This document shows positions 23,103 to 31,862 of a stretch of 50,117 nt of DNA, piece after piece. This DNA is from Pseudomonadota bacterium. GTDB lineage: Bacteria; Bdellovibrionota_B; Oligoflexia; Oligoflexales; CAIMVM01. Under the pieces are notes generated by a model. The model was not told the DNA's origin and made no database searches. It saw only the letters and a program-made list of their open reading frames with translations. The stretch is taken from assembly GCA_037142195.1 (NCBI GenBank), contig JBAXBA010000018.1, positions 1 to 50,117 on the forward strand, read 5' to 3'. How positions within the stretch are numbered: position 1 is the first letter of the stretch; every line of letters begins with the position of its first letter. The translations under genes and the position numbers were made by a program.

Positions 23103-24002
23103 ATGCAACTTGGGTATGAACTCCTAAAAGGCTACAAACGCCATCTTTTTGATCACGGCAAACGAGCTGCCACGATAAACTGCTACGAGTCTGATGCCAA
23201 AAGCTTTATAGATTTTTTATTTAAATCTAGATCTGACGGTTCCCTTGAGGGGCTAGAGGATTTGGCTGCATTTCAAGACCAGCTAGAAGTTCATCAGTCT
23301 GAGTCTCAAAACTCCATTCGTCGCAAAATCATCGGCGTTAAGTCCTTTCTCCGATTTGCAATTCCCCGTGCGACGGGCATGGCTTCAGGCTTTGATGACT
23401 ACCCGATACCAGCTAGAATTGACGGCCTCCCCGACGGTCTAGACCCTGAGGATTTAGACTCCCTTCTCAATGCTGCCCATAAGCAGACACCGGCACTTAA
23501 AGGCTACCGAGATTTGGCAATATTGACCCTTCTATCATTGGAAGGGCTTAAAGTTACCGAAATTATCCATTTGAAGACTTCCGACCTAGTGCTATCACCC
23601 TCTTCAGGGACTCTCATGATCAGAGGCACTAAGAGTCGAGTGATCACTCTTTGTCAGGAAACAAGCTCTAGTCTTAGTGAATATCGGTCTTTTGGAAAAC
23701 CTCTTACCGGTGCTAATACTTCCTTGTTTGTCGGATTCAAAGGTCGAAGTGCAGGCCTAACTTCAGAAGGAATTACCAGGCACGGTATTAAATTTCTCCT
23801 CTATGAGCTTGGGGATCAATGTGGAATCAATCGCTTGAACAGCGAGCTTTTGCGACATTTTGCCATAGACTATCAACTCAAAGTTTTGGGAAAATCGACA
23901 GAAGATGTCATGGCCCACTTGGGCCTGAGACAATCCGGAAACATAGGTCGCCATAGTTTACTTGTATCTGAGGAGTCCCAAAGGATTGATTCCGATGAAT
24001 GA
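23103..24002 (+). CDS. XerC/XerD-family tyrosine recombinase-like protein with degenerate active site
   Basis: N-terminal core-binding domain (TINCYESD, SIRRKIIGVKSFLRF), RDLAILTLL..EGLKVTEI, ELLRH, LGL. Confidence 0.85.
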   Translation: MQLGYELLKGYKRHLFDHGKRAATINCYESDAKSFIDFLFKSRSDGSLEGLEDLAAFQDQLEVHQSESQNSIRRKIIGVKSFLRFAIPRATGMASGFDDYPIPARIDGLPDGLDPEDLDSLLNAAHKQTPALKGYRDLAILTLLSLEGLKVTEIIHLKTSDLVLSPSSGTLMIRGTKSRVITLCQETSSSLSEYRSFGKPLTGANTSLFVGFKGRSAGLTSEGITRHGIKFLLYELGDQCGINRLNSELLRHFAIDYQLKVLGKSTEDVMAHLGLRQSGNIGRHSLLVSEESQRIDSDE

Positions 24003-24450
24003 TGAATTTTGGATGTCGCGCGCTCTTTCTCTCGCAGAGACTGCAAAAAGTTTAGGCGAAGTCCCCGTGGGAGCCTTAATTGTTAAGGACAACTGTATTA
24101 TCGGAACAGGGTTTAATACCCGCGAATTAGCCTGCGATCCTTTAGGTCATGCAGAAATGAATGCCATCACAGGTGCAACTCAAAGTCTTAAAACTTGGCG
24201 CCTAATTGGCTGCAGCCTCTATGTCACGCTTGAACCTTGCCTTATGTGTGCCGGGGCACTATATCAGAGTCGAATTTCCAAGGTCATCTTTGGCGCCTAT
24301 GATTCCAAAGCTGGGGCCTTAAAATCACTTTATAGCATCCATGACGATGCTCGACTCAATCACCGCTTTGAGGCGACTGGGGGAATCTTAGAAAACGAGT
24401 GTTCCAGCATGATCTCAGATTTTTTCAGAAAAAAGCGGAAAAAAGGATAG
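23995..24450 (+). CDS. tadA: tRNA adenosine(34) deaminase
   Basis: MNDEFWMSRAL, GEVPVGA, HAE, LYVTLEPCLMCAGA, FFRKKRK. Confidence 0.92.
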   Translation: MNDEFWMSRALSLAETAKSLGEVPVGALIVKDNCIIGTGFNTRELACDPLGHAEMNAITGATQSLKTWRLIGCSLYVTLEPCLMCAGALYQSRISKVIFGAYDSKAGALKSLYSIHDDARLNHRFEATGGILENECSSMISDFFRKKRKKG

Positions 24451-24564
24451 ATCTAACAAGAATTACTGCGAGAAGTTGATTGATCTTTTAACGAAAGGCC
24501 ATTATCGAAGTACTGTTGAATTTACAGTTAGATAAGACTTGCGAAATCCCATGGGAGGGGACAT

Positions 24565-25755
24565 ATGAAAGAAGCATTGATTCTTGAACAGATCATCGAA
24601 GAACTTTCAAGCAAGTATGGCTGCCACACGATCATTCTTTACGGATCTCGAGCACGTGGAGACGCGGGTGAGGCCAGTGACTTTGATATACTCGCGATTA
24701 GGGATACCGGGCCTTCCTTGCGCGATGCTCGCCTTTGGCAAGGAGTCTACCTTGACATTTTTGTTCACCCAAAATCAGTAATCGACCAACCTCCTCCTGA
24801 AATGCTTGAAATGCGCCACGGAAAAGTACTTCGCGAAAAGGAAGATACTGCCAAAATTTTCTTCTCAAAACTCGAGGACGTCTATCAGGCTGGGCCGAAA
24901 AAATTGCCCTCGGACGAAATTAAAGCCATATTAACTTGGCACGCCAAAGCTCTTGACCGCATCAGACTTGGTGGAATCCAAGGCCTATTTAGGCGTTCAG
25001 AACTCCTACCTGCTTTGCTGGAACATTACTTTACAACACGCGGCCATTGGTATCGAGGACCTAAAGCTAGTTTCCATTGGCTAGAAAAAAATCGCCCAGA
25101 TCTTTTTGAAGCGTTTCAGAATGCGCTGAACCCTTCAGCGGCAAACTCAACAGTCGAAAAATTGGTAATCCTCATTAATCAGGCCATTGAAAAGGAAGCC
25201 CAGCCCGCAGTCTCTGCGAATGCTACCACTTACATTACAAGACCTGCCTACATTAAACATTGGACTGAAGTTCAAGATCCAGATAATGCTTCCTACCCCA
25301 AAAGTACTGAGTTGTTGAGCATAGGCTCAGCTCTTGGCAAAAGACTAGGATTAACCCGAATAGGAATTCATCATGAATTTTTGCCTCCTGGCCGAAGAAC
25401 CTCTTGGCCACATGCGGAGAGTTCTGAAGAAGAGTTTGGTTTTGTCATCGAAGGGCATCCTGATGTTTGGATTGACGGATATCTCCATCGCTTAAACCCA
25501 GGAGATGCGGTCGCTTTTCCTCCCGCTACAGGCATCGCACACACGTTTATTAATAATTCAGATCAAAATGTCAGACTAATAATCGTTGGGGAGGCATCAA
25601 AGCCTGAGAACAAAATCTATTATCCACTCCATCCTGAGTTGAAAGAAATCAGAAAAGACTGGTGGAACGACGCTCCCATGCACCCCTTGGGTCCTCATGA
25701 TGGACTGCCAGATAGACCTCGCATGGATTCATCTTCAAAAAATAATAAGGAATAG
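24565..25755 (+). CDS. Nucleotidyltransferase-cupin fusion protein
   Basis: N-terminal LYGSRARGD....SDFDI (Pol-beta fold GS-DxD); C-terminal cupin PHAESSEEEF.FVIEG...GDAVAFP...AHTFIN; SD GGGAGG. Confidence 0.85.
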   Translation: MKEALILEQIIEELSSKYGCHTIILYGSRARGDAGEASDFDILAIRDTGPSLRDARLWQGVYLDIFVHPKSVIDQPPPEMLEMRHGKVLREKEDTAKIFFSKLEDVYQAGPKKLPSDEIKAILTWHAKALDRIRLGGIQGLFRRSELLPALLEHYFTTRGHWYRGPKASFHWLEKNRPDLFEAFQNALNPSAANSTVEKLVILINQAIEKEAQPAVSANATTYITRPAYIKHWTEVQDPDNASYPKSTELLSIGSALGKRLGLTRIGIHHEFLPPGRRTSWPHAESSEEEFGFVIEGHPDVWIDGYLHRLNPGDAVAFPPATGIAHTFINNSDQNVRLIIVGEASKPENKIYYPLHPELKEIRKDWWNDAPMHPLGPHDGLPDRPRMDSSSKNNKE

Positions 25756-25797
25756 CAGCTTCAATCCGATAAGCCTGAATTTTAAAATGTTATTGAT

Positions 25798-25831
25798 CAG
25801 CAGTTGCGGCATTGCAATGACGCAACGGCTG
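25798..25831. terminator. Hairpin between convergent genes
   Basis: CAGCAGTTGCGGCATTGCAATGACGCAACGGCTG imperfect inverted repeat. Confidence 0.45.
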
Positions 25832-25877
25832 GCTTCGTTCCCAATAAATGCCTTCGAATGAATCGGTCGACCTTAAT

Positions 25878-26771
25878 TCAATCTTTAACTTGGAAAGAAC
25901 AGCTGCTAATGGGATTCGGAACGACCGGGCTGCTGCAAGCAATGTCACTAACAACAGCATGAGAAACCCCTACTGGGCCTCCAACTGCAGCGGCACCATT
26001 TTTAATCAGTAAGTCATAGAGTGTTTTAGCAGCAGCTTCAGTCGCAACTAGCAAACTATCATCAGTCTTAATGGTACAATCTGCGATGGGATTTAAAACT
26101 ACTGGCGCGGAGCAATCAATGCTGACGGCTTTGAGATTCCAGACACCCACGGCTTGGGTATTGTCTTTAACCCCAGAATCGTTCAGTGCCTCCATTAGGG
26201 CTTTAGCATCGTCCCCAGAAATCGTCTTCTTAGAAGCACTTGTGGAACTTCGAATGCCAGATGCATCCTCCTGAATGAGTTGATTGTCAATTGGCTTGCT
26301 AGCGGCATTGACTGTTGACCTACTAACTTTAAAAGAACAAGTGGCATTGGGATACAAGATAACAGGGCTGCTGCAGGCAACGTCAGTGACAGTAGCTTGA
26401 GAAACACCTACCGGGCCTCCAACCGCAGCAGCAACATTTTTAATGAGTATTTCATAGAGCGTCTTGGCAGCAACTTCAGTCGCAGCTAATGAAAAGTCAT
26501 CAGTCTTAATGATACAATTCGCAATGGGATTCAAAACTACTACTGGGGCAGAACAGTCAACTCTGGCAGCCTTGAGATTCCAGACACCCACGGCTTGATT
26601 ATTATCTTGCACGCCGGAATCGCTAAGGGCTTCCATAAAAGCCTTAGCATCTTCTCCCGAAATCGTCTTTGTAGAAGAAGTAGATTCTCTTAAAACACCC
26701 GAAGAGGATTGTGGTTGTATACTACAAGCAGCAACACCAGCTATCACGAGAACAAGGCCGATATTTTTCAT
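25878..26771 (-). CDS. Putative lipoprotein with internal tandem repeats
   Basis: MKNIGLVLVIAGVAAC lipobox-like signal after SD GAAGGA; duplicated ~116-aa unit. Confidence 0.85.
   Translation of the reverse strand: MKNIGLVLVIAGVAACSIQPQSSSGVLRESTSSTKTISGEDAKAFMEALSDSGVQDNNQAVGVWNLKAARVDCSAPVVVLNPIANCIIKTDDFSLAATEVAAKTLYEILIKNVAAAVGGPVGVSQATVTDVACSSPVILYPNATCSFKVSRSTVNAASKPIDNQLIQEDASGIRSSTSASKKTISGDDAKALMEALNDSGVKDNTQAVGVWNLKAVSIDCSAPVVLNPIADCTIKTDDSLLVATEAAAKTLYDLLIKNGAAAVGGPVGVSHAVVSDIACSSPVVPNPISSCSFQVKD
25881..26669 (-). repeat. Intragenic duplication, two copies offset by about 441 nt
   Basis: KTISG(E/D)DAKA.MEAL.DSGV...QAVGVWNLKA..DCSAPVV..NPIA.C.IKTDD occurs twice; identical DNA TTGAGATTCCAGACACCCACGGCTTG in both copies. 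Confidence 0.95.
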
Positions 26772-26855
26772 GGGAAATCCTTCATTTTTCTTTGTTAATG
26801 CGAAACAGACCATCTGTTTTTGCAAAGTAGCACCTGAATATGTGCAGTATAATTC

Positions 26856-26871
26856 TGCAACCACTGTGCCA
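26856..26871 (-). promoter_or_regulatory. Sigma54 -24/-12 promoter
   Basis: TGGCAC-AGTGG-TTGCA, exact consensus, about 85 nt upstream of the lipoprotein ATG. Confidence 0.8.
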
Positions 26872-27531
26872 ATCGAAGACATAGCACAAGGTTTTTAAAA
26901 GCGTTAGGCTTGGCCAGCCAACTCATGAACTTGTAGGGACATCGTTCAAAATGATTGATGTTTTTAGGGCACAAAAAAAACAATTGGAAGAGTTTGGCTT
27001 GACTGGATGATTGGCCAATGCGAATACATACCGAATTGATAGTCCTATTTGGAACTATGCAAGAGTGAATTATAACCCAATTATGAATCCTTTTTTCTAG
27101 TTTACATTTGATCTGAAAAACTCCAGCGCTCAATTTCCAAGCCAAATTCTGGAGCTAATTTCCACGCCATGAGCCATTTCATAAGCTTTGTGGGACAGGG
27201 GTGATAAAATTCGTTTTCAGTGGGGTTGTTGCTGGAATAGTTCTTATTTTTTCCAAAGAATCTAAAGCTCTTAACGAAACCAAATCTTGAAAACTTTCGA
27301 ACACCACCAGACACTACTACACAGACCCTAAATCAAGGGATCAAAACGTTGGTAACAAAAAATTTTCTCTGATTTTAATCTTTATTAATCCCAATAGAAG
27401 AGCCATCTGATCGAGCGAGTCAATTGGAATTTCTCGCGAATGTTCGTCGAAGTTCATTTAAAACATTTGAATGATTCGCAGCGCTCAGAACCTTACACCT
27501 TGGGTCTATGGCTTCTGTATTCAAAATGAAG

Positions 27532-27575
27532 ATGGACCTTTAACTTCCAGGTAGTCTGTGAAATTAAAGGTCCAT
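27532..27575 (-). terminator. Hairpin downstream of THUMP methyltransferase
   Basis: ATGGACCTTTAA...TTAAAGGTCCAT perfect 12-bp stem. Confidence 0.65.
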
Positions 27576-27613
27576 TTCTTGCTTTACTTTAAACGAAGAT
27601 TACTTTCTATAAG

Positions 27614-28801
27614 TTAGTCAAAATCTCCCAAAACAGCTTCCGGTTTATTCTTTTTAGATCCTGAGTACATTTCATAGATAAAGAGCTTTGTTTTGATGCT
27701 GCCGTTCATCAGAGGAATCCTCTTGGAAGGCCTTAGTCCAATCATTCTCCAGGGTGCATCCTCGGAACAAAAAAGAGCCGCTCGCCATCCAGTAAAGTCT
27801 TTCTTGAGCTTATCACCGACATGTTCATAAAATGCCTCTAGCTCACCTTCAGTTCCGGATCCAATGCGGTCGCCGTAGGGTAAGTTGATCACGAGCAATC
27901 CCGTTTCGGCCGGCTTTTCAGCCTTGAAGAAGTCCTTCACGGAAAAGTTAATATTTCTTTCAACACGTGCTCTAAGGGCATTGTCCCTAGCAAATTCTAC
28001 GAATTTAGAGCTCAGGTCAGAGGCATAGATAGGCTGAAGCAGGACCTCGACTTTTTCAGATCGAACCTCATCTTGAACCTTACGCCAAATATCGTTATTG
28101 AACATCTTAAGGCGCTCAAAAGCGAAATTGCCTTTTTTTCTATGGATATTCGGAGCCTTTTTTAAAGCCAACATGGCTGCTTCGATAGGAATAGTTCCGG
28201 AGCCACACATGGGGTCGTAAAGCACTTCAGACCCATCGTATCCTGCAAATTCAAGCAAAGCAGAAGCTAGCGTTTCTTTCATGGGGGCCGGGTGATCATC
28301 GTCTTTGTAGCCACGTTTGTGAAGAGTAAGTCCAGATGTATTGACGGAAATGGTCGCACGTCCCCCATGGACGTAGGCTACGATGACGACATCTGGCTCT
28401 TTTAATTCCACTTCCGGAATGCTGCCTGTCTCTCGGTCGAATACGGTCTGCATGGATAATCTGACTGTTTTAGAAATTTTGTTTCCAGTCATTGCATCTT
28501 CGCCGCGATCGCCAGCGACAGCATCGACCCTAAAAGTTTTATGGACGTCAAACACTTCATGCCACTTAATTCTTTTAGCCTGGGAGTTAAGCATATGTGC
28601 GTCTTTAGCCGCACATTCTCTTAAGACCAAATGAATTTGACTCGCAGTGCGAAGTTTGAGATGGAGTTTATAGAACGTATGTTCATCCGCATCAAATTCA
28701 ACGGCCATGTAGCCTTCACGGACTTCAGTAGCGCCAAGCGCCTTAAGTTCTTTGACTAAAAGAACTTTTGTTTCTTCGGGACATGTTGCAATAAGTCTCA
28801 T
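27614..28801 (-). CDS. THUMP-domain rRNA guanine-N2 methyltransferase, RlmL-like
   Basis: LHKRGY, APMKETLASALL, DPMCGSGTIPIEAA, NLPYGDR. Confidence 0.9.
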   Translation of the reverse strand: MRLIATCPEETKVLLVKELKALGATEVREGYMAVEFDADEHTFYKLHLKLRTASQIHLVLRECAAKDAHMLNSQAKRIKWHEVFDVHKTFRVDAVAGDRGEDAMTGNKISKTVRLSMQTVFDRETGSIPEVELKEPDVVIVAYVHGGRATISVNTSGLTLHKRGYKDDDHPAPMKETLASALLEFAGYDGSEVLYDPMCGSGTIPIEAAMLALKKAPNIHRKKGNFAFERLKMFNNDIWRKVQDEVRSEKVEVLLQPIYASDLSSKFVEFARDNALRARVERNINFSVKDFFKAEKPAETGLLVINLPYGDRIGSGTEGELEAFYEHVGDKLKKDFTGWRAALFCSEDAPWRMIGLRPSKRIPLMNGSIKTKLFIYEMYSGSKKNKPEAVLGDFD

Positions 28802-28977
28802 GGAATCTCCTGCAAAGTGGCGGCAGGTGTATCACAGATAGAATTCAATTGGCAACTTTTGCGATGAAATCGTTTAAAAAAGACCCAATCCACCAATTTT
28901 ACAACCGAAAATAGCATCATATAAAAACTAAGAAAGTAACCATAAAGCAGGACTAAAAACAAGGTAACTAGCTGAAT

Positions 28978-30087
28978 TCAATTTGAATTATTGTCAAATG
29001 TCGGGAACTTAGGGGATCCTAGCTCATAGCTTTCCATGTCGACCGTAGTCTCTTCATCGTTAACCACGCTAGCCGCATCTTTTTGAGCTGGGTTTGACGA
29101 ATCCGATAGGTCCGATTCGGAAGAGTCTTTTTTGGTGCTTTGAAATGGCATAGCTATCGGAGTCGTTCCTATCGTCATGGAGGCTCCTGCGACAAATCTC
29201 AAGCCTGCTGAGCCAGGTCCGTGAAGCACTTCCGTGCCAAGGCCCCCAAATACTTTCAGCTGGTCACCTAATGAGTGTCTATAGGTGAATGTGAGTTCTC
29301 CAGTCGAGTTGCTACGATCTGAGCTATCCACCATACCCCCTGTCGCAGTAGCACCAGTCAACTCGGTTACTAAAGACTGGGACTTTCCATTAAGATCATA
29401 CCTTAGCGCCGCACTCCAAATAACTTGAGAAGACATCGGCTCTACGGGCACTTTTCCCGTCTCGCTATCTACAACATCAGCTGACTTAGTCCGGAATTTA
29501 TAACCTAAGTTGAACCCTACCGAAAAGTCACTGTATTCAGAATCTAGAGCCATCAGGGCCGTAACCGTGGACGATCCGTTTTCGCCTTGGTAAGGATTAT
29601 CTTTCATAAGTCCTTTACCCATATCTATCATTCCAGCTAGGTTTAAAGATCCGTTGCTTAGGAGCGTATATTTTCCGCCTAAACGAAAATAGCTCATTCC
29701 AGATTTGGTAATTTCGCCTCGGTAATTGGAGCTGGAGCTACTTTGACTCAGCACCATGGGAAATGCCGCGCCAATTTCCAAGTTCTTTAAAAGTCCATAG
29801 CCTACTTGGGCATGAGATGAGAGAAGGGTATCATCGATTTTAGTGCGCGAAGGTGTCGTATCTCTAGTCTCAATGTTTGGTACTACATTGGTTCCAAGAT
29901 CGAGAAACCCGCCCACAACTACCTGTCCAGGATTGAGAGTTCGCGCCGGCTCCACCGATAGAAAGTCTAACGTAGAATAGTTAGGATTGAATGTTTGGAA
30001 GTCTCCACCAACAGCATTCCCTATGGCTTCAGCTGCCGATAGCCCAAGAGGCAGGACAAGCGCAAGTGTGCGGCGAATGTGAGTCAT
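28978..30087 (-). CDS. Putative outer-membrane beta-barrel protein
   Basis: Signal peptide, alternating amphipathic strands, low-complexity acidic C-terminal tail; ATG 30087 after SD GGAAGGA. Confidence 0.7.
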   Translation of the reverse strand: MTHIRRTLALVLPLGLSAAEAIGNAVGGDFQTFNPNYSTLDFLSVEPARTLNPGQVVVGGFLDLGTNVVPNIETRDTTPSRTKIDDTLLSSHAQVGYGLLKNLEIGAAFPMVLSQSSSSSNYRGEITKSGMSYFRLGGKYTLLSNGSLNLAGMIDMGKGLMKDNPYQGENGSSTVTALMALDSEYSDFSVGFNLGYKFRTKSADVVDSETGKVPVEPMSSQVIWSAALRYDLNGKSQSLVTELTGATATGGMVDSSDRSNSTGELTFTYRHSLGDQLKVFGGLGTEVLHGPGSAGLRFVAGASMTIGTTPIAMPFQSTKKDSSESDLSDSSNPAQKDAASVVNDEETTVDMESYELGSPKFPTFDNNSN

Positions 30088-30131
30088 AAAAATTCCTTCC
30101 AAGCAAGGGGTCAAGTCCCCAAGCTTCAGAC

Positions 30132-30147
30132 AGCAAGATTAAGGCCA
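30132..30147 (-). promoter_or_regulatory. Sigma54 -24/-12 promoter
   Basis: TGGCCT-TAATC-TTGCT, GG-N10-GC spacing, 45 nt upstream of ATG. Confidence 0.65.
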
Positions 30148-30175
30148 ACAGCAGGCCGTCAGATAATAACAATGA

Positions 30176-30188
30176 TATTAAATGGTTA
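30176..30188. promoter_or_regulatory. Candidate IHF site
   Basis: TATTAAATGGTTA, one mismatch to WATCAANNNNTTR, just upstream of the sigma54 site. Confidence 0.4.
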
Positions 30189-30330
30189 TGAGAAAGAGTG
30201 CGGAAATCCCTCCTATTTATTTAGCATAAAGAAAGGACAGCGATTAGAAAGTTGACAGTTTTTTGGCTTTGGAGTTCTGATGTTTTCGGGTATGTTGCGT
30301 CCCTTACGAGTACCATCTAAAGGAACGACC

Positions 30331-30864
30331 ATGACTCCTAAAGCCAAAGAAATCCAAGCATTAATGGAAACATTCGACTTTACAAATAAATCCTACCAGG
30401 TTCTTTTCAGCACCAGTATGGGTGACATTCTTCTCAATCTCTTTCCAGATGTCGCTCCAGGTCATTGCAGAAATATATTAGCCCTGGCCAAATCTGGATT
30501 TTATAACAACCTCATTTTTCATCGAGTTATCGAAGGCTTCGTTATCCAGGGCGGTTGCCCAACTGGAAACGGGACGGGAGGCCCAGGCTACACCGTAAAA
30601 GCTGAGTTTAATTCGAAGCCCCATAATGCGGGAACTCTTTCTATGGCCCGCGCCATGGACCCAGACAGCGCGGGATCCCAGTTTTTTCTTTGCTTAGGCC
30701 GGGTGACTCACCTTGATAACCAATATACGGTTTTTGGCGAAGCAGCCAACCAAGCAAGCATCGATGTGATCCTTGCCATTGGACAAGTCGAAACTACAGC
30801 TGGCGATCGCCCCAAAACACCCGTTACCATTCAGACAGCCTCAGTCCTAGAATCCGCAAAATAG
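30331..30864 (+). CDS. Cyclophilin-type peptidyl-prolyl isomerase
   Basis: FHRVIEGFVIQGGCP.G.GTGGPGY, GTLSMAR...DSAGSQFF, HLDNQYTVFG. Confidence 0.95.
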   Translation: MTPKAKEIQALMETFDFTNKSYQVLFSTSMGDILLNLFPDVAPGHCRNILALAKSGFYNNLIFHRVIEGFVIQGGCPTGNGTGGPGYTVKAEFNSKPHNAGTLSMARAMDPDSAGSQFFLCLGRVTHLDNQYTVFGEAANQASIDVILAIGQVETTAGDRPKTPVTIQTASVLESAK

Positions 30865-30868
30865 AAAT

Positions 30869-30909
30869 CAACAGGCCATATTAACCACAAAAGGTTGCAT
30901 GGCCTGTTG
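30869..30909 (+). terminator. Hairpin after cyclophilin gene
   Basis: CAACAGGCCAT...ATGGCCTGTTG 11-bp perfect stem. Confidence 0.6.
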
Positions 30910-31194
30910 GGGCTTCTATCGCTATCTAAGCGGATCACCTGTCGATAGAACTCCTTATCAAAATAAGCTCTTCTATCTTAAGGTTTAGTGACTACCTCTA
31001 TTTTCTTTCTAGCAAGCAGCTAGATGCTAGGCCAATCTGGTATCCCAATTTTTTTTGTTCGAAGGTACCTAACCTTCGATTTGTTTTTATGGGTAAAGGG
31101 ACTATTCTAGTAAACGACAGCAGCAGAGAGACCATTTAGATTTTGCTTGATACAGGCGTCCTATCTTCTTTCAAAAAAATGGGAGAAACCAAAC

Positions 31195-31824
31195 ATGAAA
31201 TTCTTGATTGCATTATCGGTGCTGGTTGCGTTTGGTTTTGCTAAAGCTTCCGACTTTAGCTGTAAGGACGCCCAAAGCTTTATATGGAATCTCCCGGAAG
31301 CAGACCTCCAAAAACTGCAGATAAAAGAGGAGCGGTTTTTAGATCTAAAGTTATTTTTAGAGAGCAAGCCCTCTATAGAACAACTCAACATTTCAACGTA
31401 TTCTTTTATTTTTAAAGACAGTCCTTATGAGCAGCTTTGGTGTAAACTAAAGTCACAAGCTGCCATTGTAAATGAACTTAAAGTTTCTGTATCGGCTCCG
31501 GCTAAATCCTGCGCAGACTTAAACAGGTATATATTGTCTCTTGCCCTAAATGAAATCATTTCAGCCCCTGAAAAGACTCCCACTCTATCTGAATTAGGCA
31601 TCGTATTATTAGACGATAAAGAGGCTCTCGGTGGAGGGCAATGGTCGTCCTCAAATGTAACGTTTGATATGATGAGTAGTATGATTGAGATTGAAGCTGT
31701 AAGGTTAATATCTCCTTTGTGGCTCAGACGAGTAGGCGGAATGAACTATTGCAAAATCATCTCCCCAAAGGGAGCTACGTCCCTAATTGCAGATCGCATG
31801 AAACTACTAACGGATTCTTTTTAG
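31195..31824 (+). CDS. Hypothetical secreted protein
   Basis: MKFLIALSVLVAFGFAKA signal peptide after SD GGGAG; four Cys. Confidence 0.75.
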   Translation: MKFLIALSVLVAFGFAKASDFSCKDAQSFIWNLPEADLQKLQIKEERFLDLKLFLESKPSIEQLNISTYSFIFKDSPYEQLWCKLKSQAAIVNELKVSVSAPAKSCADLNRYILSLALNEIISAPEKTPTLSELGIVLLDDKEALGGGQWSSSNVTFDMMSSMIEIEAVRLISPLWLRRVGGMNYCKIISPKGATSLIADRMKLLTDSF

Positions 31825-31862
31825 TTTCTCAATTTTTTAAATTCATTGACTGGATTTAAAAA

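Noticed and set aside
24565..25200. MNT-HEPN toxin-antitoxin pair
   Set aside because: No separate adjacent HEPN toxin gene, and the C-terminal partner is a cupin
26795..27314. ORFs 26795..27145 and 27102..27314
   Set aside because: No recognisable motif or SD; the first runs across the sigma54 promoter
23103..27600. Integrative element or prophage anchored on the recombinase
   Set aside because: Active site is degenerate; no att repeats, adjacent tRNA, phage or transfer genes; overlaps housekeeping tadA
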